Assembly: GCA_039919615.1 (NCBI GenBank)
Contig: JBDSFG010000205.1
Location: 1 to 48,401 of the forward strand
DNA length: 48,401 bases
Source of the DNA: Ginsengibacter sp.
Lineage (GTDB): Bacteria > Bacteroidota > Bacteroidia > Chitinophagales > Chitinophagaceae
Direction of reading: 5' to 3'
Shown: piece after piece, positions 35,712 to 44,827 of the stretch
Numbering within the stretch: position 1 is the stretch's first letter
How the letters are laid out: the number at the start of each line of letters is the position of its first letter
Notes under the pieces: model-generated
The model's database searches: none
Seen by the model: the letters and a program-made list of their open reading frames with translations, nothing else
Told to the model about the DNA's origin: nothing
Translations under genes and position numbers: made by a program

Positions 35712-36767
35712 CTATCTTTTTTCATATTGATCTTGATAATAGCGTTTATAATTACCACTGGTTACATCAGCCATCCATTCCTTATTATTCAAATACCAGT
35801 CAATCGTTTTTGATAATCCTTCTTCAAACTGTAAAGACGGTTTCCAGCCTAGCTCATTCATTAATTTACTGGCATCAATAGCATACCTTAAATCGTGACC
35901 TGCCCTGTCTTTCACAAATGTTATCAGTTTTTCTGATGTTCCTTTTTCCCTGCCCGTTTTTTCATCCATTTGCCGGCAAAGCTCTTTAGTAATATCAATA
36001 TTTTTCCATTCATTATGGCCGCCGATATTATATGTCTCCCCGATTTTGCCGTTATGGAAAATAAGATCAATAGCTTTTACATGATCTTCTACATACAACC
36101 AATCCCTTACATTTTCGCCTTTGCCATATACCGGCAGGGGTTTATTGTTTATAATATTATTTATACAAAGAGGAATAAGCTTTTCAGGAAAATGATATGG
36201 TCCATAATTATTTGAACAATTTGAAATTATAACGGGCAACTTATAGGTATGATAAAAAGCTCTTACAAAATGATCTGAAGAAGCTTTAGATGCTGAATAC
36301 GGGCTACGGGGATCATAAGCTGTTTCTTCGGTAAATAAACCATGTTTGCCCAGGGAGCCATAAACTTCATCAGTAGAAATATGATAAAATAATTTACTGT
36401 TAAAATCATTCTTCCAAAAATTCTTAGCCGCTTGCAAAAGTGCAACAGTTCCTAAAACATTGGTACGAACAAACGCAAGCGGATCTGTAATAGAACGATC
36501 AACATGGCTTTCCGCTGCACAGTGCAATACTTGTGTAAATTTATATTTGCCAAAAAGTTCTTCTATAAAATCAATGTCAGCAATATCTCCCTTAATAAAA
36601 GTATAATTGGGTTTCCACTCAATATCCCGCAGGTTTTCCAGGTTGCCTGCATAGGTTAATTTGTCAAGATTAATTACCTGGTAGCCAGGATATTTGTTTA
36701 CAAACAACCGCGTAAGGTGAGAACCGATGAAACCTGCGCCGCCCGTTATGAGAATTGTTTTTTGCAT
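35712..36767 (-). CDS. rfbB: dTDP-glucose 4,6-dehydratase
   Basis: TGGAGFIGS, DKLTYAGN, AAESHVDRS, STDEVYG, YSASK, DRAGHDLRY. Confidence 0.96.
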   Translation of the reverse strand: MQKTILITGGAGFIGSHLTRLFVNKYPGYQVINLDKLTYAGNLENLRDIEWKPNYTFIKGDIADIDFIEELFGKYKFTQVLHCAAESHVDRSITDPLAFVRTNVLGTVALLQAAKNFWKNDFNSKLFYHISTDEVYGSLGKHGLFTEETAYDPRSPYSASKASSDHFVRAFYHTYKLPVIISNCSNNYGPYHFPEKLIPLCINNIINNKPLPVYGKGENVRDWLYVEDHVKAIDLIFHNGKIGETYNIGGHNEWKNIDITKELCRQMDEKTGREKGTSEKLITFVKDRAGHDLRYAIDASKLMNELGWKPSLQFEEGLSKTIDWYLNNKEWMADVTSGNYKRYYQDQYEKR

Positions 36768-36790
36768 TATAAAATGTACAGTAAGGGCGG

Positions 36791-36798
36791 CAAAAATA
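36791..36798 (-). promoter_or_regulatory. -7 promoter element (TATTTTTG) upstream of rfbB
   Basis: TAnnTTTG on the minus strand, 23 nt before the rfbB start. Confidence 0.5.
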
Positions 36799-36820
36799 TA
36801 ATTAAACCTTTAAACAATCT

Positions 36821-37396
36821 TCATAATCTGCTTACAACATTGTTAGTGATGGTGTAAACAATATTTTCCCCTTCACAAATTGCTTTTCCGTCACTATTAA
36901 AATGCAGCCTATACCCTGCTTCGCTTATCCATCCTGCAAATATTGCCGGGTTGCCAAGCACTATACTAAATGGGGAAACATTTTTGGTAACTACAGCCCC
37001 GGCGCCTATCATTGCAAAATTACCAACAGTAATACCACAAACAATTGTGGCATTTGCGCCAATGGAACTGCCCCGTTTTACAAGTGTTTTTTTAAATTCA
37101 TTTTTTCTTTCTATAAAACTTCTTGGGTTATTTACATTAGTAAAAACAACAGAAGGCCCTATGAATACATCATCTTCAAGTTCAACTCCATTATAAACAG
37201 AAACGTTATTTTGAATTTTTACACCATTTCCAATGATCACATTATTATCAACAAAAATATTTTGTCCGAGATTACATTTTTTGCCAATTACCGCCCCTGG
37301 CATAATATGTGAAAAATGCCAGATTTTTGTGTCTTCACCTATTAAAGCTCCTTCGTTGATTATCGAAGAAGAGTGTACAAAGTAGTTTTCTTTCAT
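36821..37396 (-). CDS. WbpD/WlbB-like hexapeptide-repeat sugar N-acetyltransferase
   Basis: TKIWHFSHI, CNLGQN, KIQNNVSVY.GV.LEDDVFIGPS.VFTNV.NPRS. Confidence 0.85.
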   Translation of the reverse strand: MKENYFVHSSSIINEGALIGEDTKIWHFSHIMPGAVIGKKCNLGQNIFVDNNVIIGNGVKIQNNVSVYNGVELEDDVFIGPSVVFTNVNNPRSFIERKNEFKKTLVKRGSSIGANATIVCGITVGNFAMIGAGAVVTKNVSPFSIVLGNPAIFAGWISEAGYRLHFNSDGKAICEGENIVYTITNNVVSRL

Positions 37397-37500
37397 GTTT
37401 CTCCGGGATTGAAATTATAGCAATGCAGCCCGGAAATATACAACAATTAATATTTTTCTCGTAATCCATACAATCCCCAAAATCATTATTCAGACAACAT

Positions 37501-37508
37501 TACCTTTG
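37501..37508 (+). promoter_or_regulatory. -7 promoter element (TACCTTTG) of the ABC-F gene
   Basis: TAnnTTTG ending only 5 nt before ATG 37514. Confidence 0.55.
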
Positions 37509-37513
37509 CCGCC

Positions 37514-39418
37514 ATGCATTACGCTTCAGTTGAAAATATCAGTAAATCTTTTGGCATAAGAACTCTTTTTAAAAACATAAGCTTTTATGTGGAGGAAGGA
37601 GATAAAATTGCTTTTGTGGCCAGGAATGGAACAGGAAAATCTACTTTATTAAAGATAATTGCCGGTCTTGATAATGCCGATAGCGGAATTGTTTGGGTGC
37701 ATAAAGATGTAAAAGTTATTATGCTGCAGCAGGACACTGCTTTTGAAAATGACAAATCAATTTGGGACAATGTACTAAGGCTTGATAACCCCGTGGTAAA
37801 AGTGGTAAAAGAATATGAAATGTATTTAGAACAGGGCGGCCACGATGAAGCTAAACTGAATAGCCTGATTGATAAATTGGGGGATTTGAATGCATGGAAT
37901 TTTGAAAGTGATCTGAAACAGATTTTAGGTAAACTCAACCTTCATCACCTTAATGAACCCATAAAAAATTTAAGCGGTGGCCAAAGAAAAAGAGTTGCAC
38001 TGGCACAGGCGCTAATTGAATCCCAGATACATGAAGGGAGATGTTTACTTATACTTGATGAACCCACAAATCACCTTGATGTAGAAATGATAGAATGGCT
38101 TGAAAATTTTCTTTCTTCGCAAAAAAGCACTTTGCTCCTGGTAACACATGACCGTTATTTTTTAGATGCTGTTTGCAATGAGATTATTGAACTTGAAGAT
38201 GAAAAACTGTATGTGTACAAAGGCGACTATGATTATTTTCTTGAACAAAAATCTTTACGGCAGGAGGTGCAGCAAAGCGAACTGCAGAAAGATAAAAATA
38301 TTTTTAGGAAAGAACTTGAATGGATGAGGAAGCAGCCAAAAGCACGGACTACCAAATCTAAAAGCAGGCAGGATGCGTTTACACAAATCGAAGAACGGGT
38401 AAGTCAGCAAAAAGATGATACAGAGATTTCTTTGCAAGTAAAAATGACCAGGCTTGGCGGTAAGGTAATTGAAATGAAAAAGGTTTATAAAAGTTATGGA
38501 GATAAGCCGATAATAAAGGGGTTTAACTATACTTTTAAAAGAGGCGAACGCATTGGGATTGTGGGCAAGAATGGCGTAGGTAAGTCAACATTTTTAAAAA
38601 TTGCTCTGGGCACAGAACCGCCGGATAGCGGAAAGATCAATCATGGAGATACGGTAGTGTTCGGAAATTTTGCACAGGAAGGCTTGCAATACAAAGAAGA
38701 TAAAAGAGCTATTGAATATGTGAAAGATTTTGCTGATTTTTTTCCCCTTGCAGATGGAAGCAAGATCAGTGCATCACAATTCATGGAAAAATTCGGGTTT
38801 AATCCACAGCAGCAATTCACTCCTCTCAGCAAATTGAGTGGCGGTGAAAAAAGAAGATTGCATTTGTTAAGTGTATTGTTTCTCAACCCAAATTTTTTAA
38901 TTCTTGATGAACCTACAAATGATCTTGATCTGCAAACGTTAAGAACGCTCGAAGAATTTTTGAAAGAATTTCCCGGATGCATTTTGATTGTTAGTCACGA
39001 CAGGTATTTTATGGATCGTGTGGTTGACCACCTGTTTGCTTTTGAGGGAGATGGCATTATCAAAGATTTTCCAGGCAACTATTCAGAATACCGCACATGG
39101 AAAGCAACGGAAGAAAACAATAATATACGACCGGCAACAACTGCCGGTAAGCAAATAATAAATAACCAGGAACCTAAAGACAACAAGCCAAAATTTTCTT
39201 TTAAAGAAAAAAAGGAATTCGATTTATTAGAACAGGAACTGCCGGCGCTGCAAAAAGAAAAAGCTGCTCTTGAAGAAAAGATGAACACAGGCTCAACTAG
39301 CTTTGATGAATTACAAAAAGCAGCTGAACGCATTGACGTTATCATCAAAACTTTAGATCAAAAAGAAATGAGATGGCTTGAGCTGAGTGAGAGAATTGAA
39401 GCATCTTCGCCTCAATAG
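37514..39418 (+). CDS. ABC-F family ATPase (Uup-like)
   Basis: Two ABC domains (NGTGKST/LSGGQ/DEPTNHLD and NGVGKST/LSGGE/DEPTNDLD), linker PKARTTKSKSR, C-terminal coiled coil ending RWLELSE, no TM segments. Confidence 0.92.
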   Translation: MHYASVENISKSFGIRTLFKNISFYVEEGDKIAFVARNGTGKSTLLKIIAGLDNADSGIVWVHKDVKVIMLQQDTAFENDKSIWDNVLRLDNPVVKVVKEYEMYLEQGGHDEAKLNSLIDKLGDLNAWNFESDLKQILGKLNLHHLNEPIKNLSGGQRKRVALAQALIESQIHEGRCLLILDEPTNHLDVEMIEWLENFLSSQKSTLLLVTHDRYFLDAVCNEIIELEDEKLYVYKGDYDYFLEQKSLRQEVQQSELQKDKNIFRKELEWMRKQPKARTTKSKSRQDAFTQIEERVSQQKDDTEISLQVKMTRLGGKVIEMKKVYKSYGDKPIIKGFNYTFKRGERIGIVGKNGVGKSTFLKIALGTEPPDSGKINHGDTVVFGNFAQEGLQYKEDKRAIEYVKDFADFFPLADGSKISASQFMEKFGFNPQQQFTPLSKLSGGEKRRLHLLSVLFLNPNFLILDEPTNDLDLQTLRTLEEFLKEFPGCILIVSHDRYFMDRVVDHLFAFEGDGIIKDFPGNYSEYRTWKATEENNNIRPATTAGKQIINNQEPKDNKPKFSFKEKKEFDLLEQELPALQKEKAALEEKMNTGSTSFDELQKAAERIDVIIKTLDQKEMRWLELSERIEASSPQ

Positions 39419-39436
39419 GTTTTCAAAATGATTTTG

Positions 39437-39444
39437 TAAATTTG
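39437..39444 (+). promoter_or_regulatory. -7 promoter element (TAAATTTG) of the putative toxin-antitoxin operon
   Basis: TAnnTTTG ending 14 nt before ATG 39459. Confidence 0.55.
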
Positions 39445-39458
39445 AGAAAACAGTTTTT

Positions 39459-39710
39459 ATGAGTACAGAAAACTTAAAAAAAGAGTTGCATACACTAATT
39501 GATAATACAGAAGATGAAGAATTACTAAGTATGGTAAAGGAAGAACTTGTAGCATACCAAACGGGCGGGAAAGAATTTGATGACATGAGTGATTTAAGCC
39601 TTGAGCAGAGAGCAGAACTTGAAGAGTTAGCTACTGAAGAGCCAGTGAAGGATACAATAAGTTATGAAGAGCATAAAAAAGAAATGAAGGAATGGCTCTC
39701 AAAATTATAA
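39459..39710 (+). CDS. Putative antitoxin (addiction-module component)
   Basis: Acidic 83-aa protein (LKKELHTLID…LSLEQRAEL…ISYEEHKKEMKEWL) that overlaps the start of a RelE/ParE-like frame. Confidence 0.7.
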   Translation: MSTENLKKELHTLIDNTEDEELLSMVKEELVAYQTGGKEFDDMSDLSLEQRAELEELATEEPVKDTISYEEHKKEMKEWLSKL

Positions 39711-39997
39711 CGAAGAAAAGATATCAAAATAATTTAAAAAAAATTGTATCCTGCTTATTTACTGATTGGAATAAAGAAGTAGCAGAAAATTTTAAACTTG
39801 CTGTTTTCAAAATATGAGTTATTATCAATCACACCGAATATTGGTGTGCAAGTACTTTCAAAGAAAAATGTGAGAAGTATATTAATTACAAAGCATAATA
39901 AAGTTTATTACAGGGTGATAAAGGATATTTAATTATAATAAGCATTATTGATACCAGACGTGATCCTCAAAAAAACCCTTTCAACAAAATCAATTGA
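39692..39997 (+). pseudogene. RelE/ParE-family toxin interrupted by two frameshifts
   Basis: Frame 0: MALKIITKKRYQNNLKKIVSCLFTDWNKEVAENFKLAVFKI* (stop 39815-17). Frame +1: YELLSITPNIG…VRSILITKHNKVYYRVIKDI* (stop 39930-32). Frame 0 again: LIIISIIDTRRDPQKNPFNKIN* (stop 39995-97). Confidence 0.8.
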
Positions 39998-41184
39998 ACC
40001 AACGCTTTTATTCTCTCGATGTATTTCGTGGTGCAACTGTTGCATTAATGATCCTTGTAAATAATCCAGGCTCATGGTCACATATTTACCCGCCACTTGA
40101 GCATGCCCCGTGGCATGGCTGCACACCAACTGATCTTGTGTTTCCATTTTTTCTATTTGCGGTCGGTAATGCGCTGGCTTTTGTAATGCCCAAATTAGAA
40201 GTTGCAGGTGAACAGGTTTTCTGGAAAAAAATTATAAAAAGGACGTTCCTTATTTTTTTTATCGGGCTTATGTTAAACTGGTTTCCTTTTATTAAATGGG
40301 AAAATGATCAAATTGTCTTTAAATCATGGCAATATATTGATGCTGCCGGAAACCCTGCAGGAATACGTATCCTGGGCGTTTTACAAAGAATAGCGCTTGC
40401 TTACTTTTTTGCTTCTGTGATTATACATTTTTTAAAAATAAGGGGAGCCTTTGTTGCTGCCTGTTTTATTTTATTAAGCTATTGGTTTTTATGTGTAGCT
40501 GCGAACCCCGCTGATCCGTATAGCCTGCAGGGCTGGTTTGGAGCCAATATTGATAAACTTATTTTACACGAAGCGCACATGTATCATGGAGAAGTTGTAA
40601 ATGGTAAGGCAATACCATTTGATCCTGAAGGATTGATGAGTTTGTTTGCGGCTATTGTGCAGGTGATCTTTGGGTATTTTGCCGGCGACTACATTTTAAA
40701 GAAAGGTAAAACGCACGAAATGGTGAATGGCTTATTCGTTGCAGGTTGTGTATTGGTTGTTGCCGGCTTATGCTGGCACATGATCTTTCCTATCAACAAA
40801 AAAATATGGACAAGCTCTTATACTATTTATACAACAGGGCTTGCCTTACTAACCTTATCGGTGTTTATTTATATAATTGAGTTTAAAGGGTGGCGGGGAT
40901 GGTGGAGCAGATTTTTTGATGTGTTTGGAAAGAATCCTCTATTCATTTTTATGCTGAGTGGTACATTGCCAAGATTGTTTGCACTTATCAGAATTCACAA
41001 TGGATCTACGCCACAGGGTGAGCCAATTTTTATTACTCCTTTTGGCTGGTTTTATGAGCACATTTGCAAACCCGTTTCGTCAAACCTGAACAAGGGGTCC
41101 CTGCTATATGCAATAAGTATGATTCTGATGTACTGGCTGATTGTATGGTGGATGGATAAGAAGAAGATCTACGTAAAGGTATAA
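39994..41184 (+). CDS. HGSNAT/NagX-like membrane N-acetyltransferase (DUF5009-type)
   Basis: RFYSLDVFRG, LVNNPGSW, HAPWHG.TPTDLVFPFFLF, GVLQRIA, DPEG, PINKKIWTSS. TTG start. Confidence 0.85.
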   Translation: MNQRFYSLDVFRGATVALMILVNNPGSWSHIYPPLEHAPWHGCTPTDLVFPFFLFAVGNALAFVMPKLEVAGEQVFWKKIIKRTFLIFFIGLMLNWFPFIKWENDQIVFKSWQYIDAAGNPAGIRILGVLQRIALAYFFASVIIHFLKIRGAFVAACFILLSYWFLCVAANPADPYSLQGWFGANIDKLILHEAHMYHGEVVNGKAIPFDPEGLMSLFAAIVQVIFGYFAGDYILKKGKTHEMVNGLFVAGCVLVVAGLCWHMIFPINKKIWTSSYTIYTTGLALLTLSVFIYIIEFKGWRGWWSRFFDVFGKNPLFIFMLSGTLPRLFALIRIHNGSTPQGEPIFITPFGWFYEHICKPVSSNLNKGSLLYAISMILMYWLIVWWMDKKKIYVKV

Positions 41185-41224
41185 TTCCGGCTATAAATTC
41201 ATTTATTAATAGTTGCCTTCTCCA

Positions 41225-42388
41225 CTACTTATTAAGTTGTATCTCATGAGTGCCATCCATAATCTCCACCTGGTAAATTTCGGGATTGATCTGGAATTTT
41301 TTTTGATAGGCATTTGTTGTTGTTAACAAAAACTCTTTCATACCTTCTTCTTTTATAATATTTATAGTGCAGCCACCAAAGCCCCCGCCCATCATTCTTG
41401 AACCAATTACATTACTATTTTCTTTTGCAAGGTGTACTAAAAAATCAAGTTCATTACAACTGACCTGGTAAAGATTGCTTAAGCCTGCATGGGTTTTAAA
41501 CATGAGCTTACCAAATTCAATCAAATTATTTTGTTGCAAAAGTTTAGCGGCTTGTTGCGTTCGTTGTATTTCTTCAACTACATACAAGCAACGCATGTAA
41601 ACGAGCTCAGGCATTTTAGCTTTAAATACTACAATCTCTTCGGGGCTTTTTATATCCCTGAATGAATTAACATTCATTTCTTTTTTTAGAAACTCCAACC
41701 CTTCTTCGCATTGCTTTCTTCTAACGTTATACTCTGAAGAAGCCAATGAATGGTGGACATTACTATTTATGAGCACAATCTTATAGCCTCTTAAATACAG
41801 GGGGAAATATTGATGTTCTATGCTTTTGCAATCAAGCAATAATACATGATCTTCTTTTCCCAGCATATTGGCATATTGATCCATGATGCCGCACATAACT
41901 CCCGGATAATTATGTTCGGCACGCTGGCCTAATAAAGCAAGCTCTTTTCTGCTTAAGCCAAAGTGTAAAAGCTCATTTATACCAAAAGCTACTCCACCCT
42001 CCACTGCTGCTGAAGAAGACAGGCCTCCGCCATTGGCAATGTTTCCGGCAAAAACACAATCAAACCCTTTTAGCGGCAGGCTTAATAAAATAAATTCATT
42101 CACAACACTCAGTACATAATTTTTCCAGCCGGTCATTTTTTTTACGTCAGCAATTTTTATAGTAAGCTTCTCATCAAAATCAATTGAATAAAAATTCAAT
42201 TCATCTGTATGATTTAAACCAATTGCATAATGCATTCCCTTATCAATAGCAGCAGGAATTACAAAGCCATCATTGTAATCTACATGCTCACCTATAAGAT
42301 TTATTCTGCCCGGAGAATAGTATAAATGTGGTGTTGAACAAAAAGTTTCTTTAAAAGCTGAACTAACTCTTGAGGCAATCGTATGCAT
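41225..42388 (-). CDS. galK: Galactokinase
   Basis: PGRINLIGEHVDYNDG, GGGLSSSAA, CGIMDQ, GSRMMGGGFGGC. Confidence 0.95.
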   Translation of the reverse strand: MHTIASRVSSAFKETFCSTPHLYYSPGRINLIGEHVDYNDGFVIPAAIDKGMHYAIGLNHTDELNFYSIDFDEKLTIKIADVKKMTGWKNYVLSVVNEFILLSLPLKGFDCVFAGNIANGGGLSSSAAVEGGVAFGINELLHFGLSRKELALLGQRAEHNYPGVMCGIMDQYANMLGKEDHVLLLDCKSIEHQYFPLYLRGYKIVLINSNVHHSLASSEYNVRRKQCEEGLEFLKKEMNVNSFRDIKSPEEIVVFKAKMPELVYMRCLYVVEEIQRTQQAAKLLQQNNLIEFGKLMFKTHAGLSNLYQVSCNELDFLVHLAKENSNVIGSRMMGGGFGGCTINIIKEEGMKEFLLTTTNAYQKKFQINPEIYQVEIMDGTHEIQLNK

Positions 42389-42438
42389 TTATTAAAGTTC
42401 GTGGCAAGATAAGATGTATAGAGAAATTAAAGAGCAGT

Positions 42439-43530
42439 TTAATTTGATTCCAGAATTTTCATAACAATTTTTTCTTCCGGGGTAAGATCAGCTTTATTAT
42501 CATCAACCAATAATTCATCAAGCTCTGCTATATACTTTTCTATTTTTTTACTTTCATACAATGAAAGAATTAATGGATGCACATAATATTTTTTGCAAAC
42601 TGTTCTTGTATTTCCAAGATGTTTAGAAACCAGATCAAGCGCTTCTACAATTCTTCTTTTTGTTTCTGTTTGGGTATCGCAACAACCAATGGACTTCAAT
42701 GCAAGAAAGGCCTGAACTGTTCCGGCCCACGTTCTAAAATCTTTTGCGGTGAATTCTGCTCCGCTTATCTTTCTAATATATTCATTAACCATTCCTGAAT
42801 CTATTGACCTTCTTTCGTTGGTCTCATCAAAATATTGAAATAATTCCTTCCCCGGAATATCCCTGCACTGCTTTACTATGTTCGAAAGCTTTTTATTTTT
42901 TATGCTAATGTCATGCAGCACGCCTTTTTTTCCTTTGAATGAAAATTTTAAGCTGCTGCCTTCTATCTTCACATGTTTATCTTTTAAAGTCGTGAGGCCA
43001 AAAGAACCATACAGTTTCTCATAAAAATTATTTCCCACACGAATAGCGGTTCTCTCCATTAAACTTACCACAGCAGCTAAAACCTTTTGAAGCGGTAGGC
43101 CTGGTTGAGACAGATCTTTTTCAAGTTGAATACGAATGTCAGGCAGCGCCTTGCCAAACTGAGATAGCCTGTAAAATTTGGTATGGTTTCTAAGCTTGTG
43201 CCAATCAGGATGGTATTTGTATTGCTTCCTGTTTTTTACATCAGTGCCGATTGCCTGCAGGTGCCCATTTGCCAGCCTGCAAATCCAAACATTTTCCCAG
43301 GCGGGAGGAAGAACCAGATGCTTTATTCTCAACAATTCCTCATCATCATCAACTTTTTTATCTTTGAAAAAATATTCAAACTTATCTCCATTCTTCACCC
43401 TTGTAATGCCCGGGTCAGCATCACTAACATATACCAGATTTACAGCTTTGGCGCTTTTTTCTGCATCGTTAAGTATGCCTTCAATTTTTTTCTTTGATAG
43501 TTTTATAGATTCTTCAACAATAGCAGGCAT
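42439..43530 (-). CDS. Bacterial DNA topoisomerase IB
   Basis: IRVGN, F.GKKG, AKDFRTW, LGNT..VCKKYY (catalytic R-K-R-N-Y pentad), PPAW, HLQA.G.D...RKQY.YH. Confidence 0.92.
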   Translation of the reverse strand: MPAIVEESIKLSKKKIEGILNDAEKSAKAVNLVYVSDADPGITRVKNGDKFEYFFKDKKVDDDEELLRIKHLVLPPAWENVWICRLANGHLQAIGTDVKNRKQYKYHPDWHKLRNHTKFYRLSQFGKALPDIRIQLEKDLSQPGLPLQKVLAAVVSLMERTAIRVGNNFYEKLYGSFGLTTLKDKHVKIEGSSLKFSFKGKKGVLHDISIKNKKLSNIVKQCRDIPGKELFQYFDETNERRSIDSGMVNEYIRKISGAEFTAKDFRTWAGTVQAFLALKSIGCCDTQTETKRRIVEALDLVSKHLGNTRTVCKKYYVHPLILSLYESKKIEKYIAELDELLVDDNKADLTPEEKIVMKILESN

Positions 43531-43677
43531 AAATGTTCATAGGTTTTTTGCGGTGCAGTATTTAGATAAGTAAGTCTGTATATTATCAACCCGGTATCCC
43601 GGATTAATTCCCATAAATATCAAGCCAATTGTGCAGAAGATAAAAGAAAGAATTTTAACGCAGTTAATACATGAAAC

Positions 43678-44715
43678 CTAAACCGGGCAATGCTCATGAT
43701 AGTTTATCAATTCAATTGTGGTTCTTTCAAAATTGTACCCGGCATATTGTTCAACAATTTCCTCAAGCACACTTTCAATTTCTCCCATCTCTTTTAAAGT
43801 AACCAGTTTGCTGCGATATTCTTTTATGTTGGGCATACCTTTAAGATAATTAGCGTAATGACGGCGCATTTCATTTATACCCACTACCGGCCCTTTCCAT
43901 TCATAAGAACGCTGCAGGTGCTTTTTGCATACAGCCACCCTCTCTTCAATTGTTGGGGGTGGAAGTAAATTACCAGTTGCCAGGTAATGTTTTATTTCAT
44001 TAAATATCCAGGGATAACCTATAGCGGCTCTGCCGATCATTATACCATCTACTCCATACCTGTTTTTATACTCCAGTGCTTTTTGGGGAGAATCCACATC
44101 ACCATTACCAAATATGGGAATAGTAATTCTCGGGTTCTCTTTTACTTTTGCGATCAGTGTCCAGTCGGCCTCACCTTTATACATTTGTGTTCTTGTGCGC
44201 CCGTGAACAGCCAATGCTTTAATGCCAACATCCTGCAGGCGTTCAGCAACTTCTTCTATATTCCTGGTATTGTCATCCCACCCCAATCTTGTTTTTACGG
44301 TTACGGGGAGAGAGGTACTTTTTACAACTGCATCAGTTAACCGGATCATTAAAGGAATATCTTTCAACACCCCGGCCCCGGCGCCTTTACAGGCAACTTT
44401 TTTTACCGGGCAGCCAAAATTAATATCAAGCAGATCCGGATTGGTCGCATCAACTATTTTGGCAGCCAGGGCAAGGCTGTCTTCATCACCACCGAAAATT
44501 TGTATACCAACCGGTTTTTCATAATCAAATATGTCAAGTTTCTTGCGGCTTTTAATTGCATCACGAATCAGCCCTTCACTGCTTATGAATTCTGTGTACA
44601 TCAGGTCTGCACCATTATCTTTACAAACTGCACGAAATGGGGGATCGCTAACATCTTCCATTGGTGCAAGCAGTAAAGGAAAACCGGCTAATTGTATGTT
44701 ACCTATTGTGATCAT
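43678..44715 (-). CDS. dusB: tRNA-dihydrouridine synthase B
   Basis: LAPMEDVSD, DINFGCPVKKV, VTVKTRLG, HGRT, GNGD, MIGRAA.GYPWIF. Confidence 0.92.
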   Translation of the reverse strand: MITIGNIQLAGFPLLLAPMEDVSDPPFRAVCKDNGADLMYTEFISSEGLIRDAIKSRKKLDIFDYEKPVGIQIFGGDEDSLALAAKIVDATNPDLLDINFGCPVKKVACKGAGAGVLKDIPLMIRLTDAVVKSTSLPVTVKTRLGWDDNTRNIEEVAERLQDVGIKALAVHGRTRTQMYKGEADWTLIAKVKENPRITIPIFGNGDVDSPQKALEYKNRYGVDGIMIGRAAIGYPWIFNEIKHYLATGNLLPPPTIEERVAVCKKHLQRSYEWKGPVVGINEMRRHYANYLKGMPNIKEYRSKLVTLKEMGEIESVLEEIVEQYAGYNFERTTIELINYHEHCPV

Positions 44716-44827
44716 GTATTGTTTCTTTCAAAATCATCGGGTTATTGCGGTAGTTAATTGCCTCTGTCTATTGACACATTTACCATAAAATAAAATGGCT
44801 GTAAATTTACGCACTTATACTTAAACG

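Noticed and set aside
37514-39418. Antibiotic-resistance ABC-F
   Set aside because: The C-terminal coiled coil and linker look Uup-like/housekeeping; nothing in the sequence supports a resistance call.
42439-43530. Tyrosine recombinase/integrase marking a mobile element
   Set aside because: Motifs match TopIB, which shares the fold. No att repeats or cargo genes were seen.
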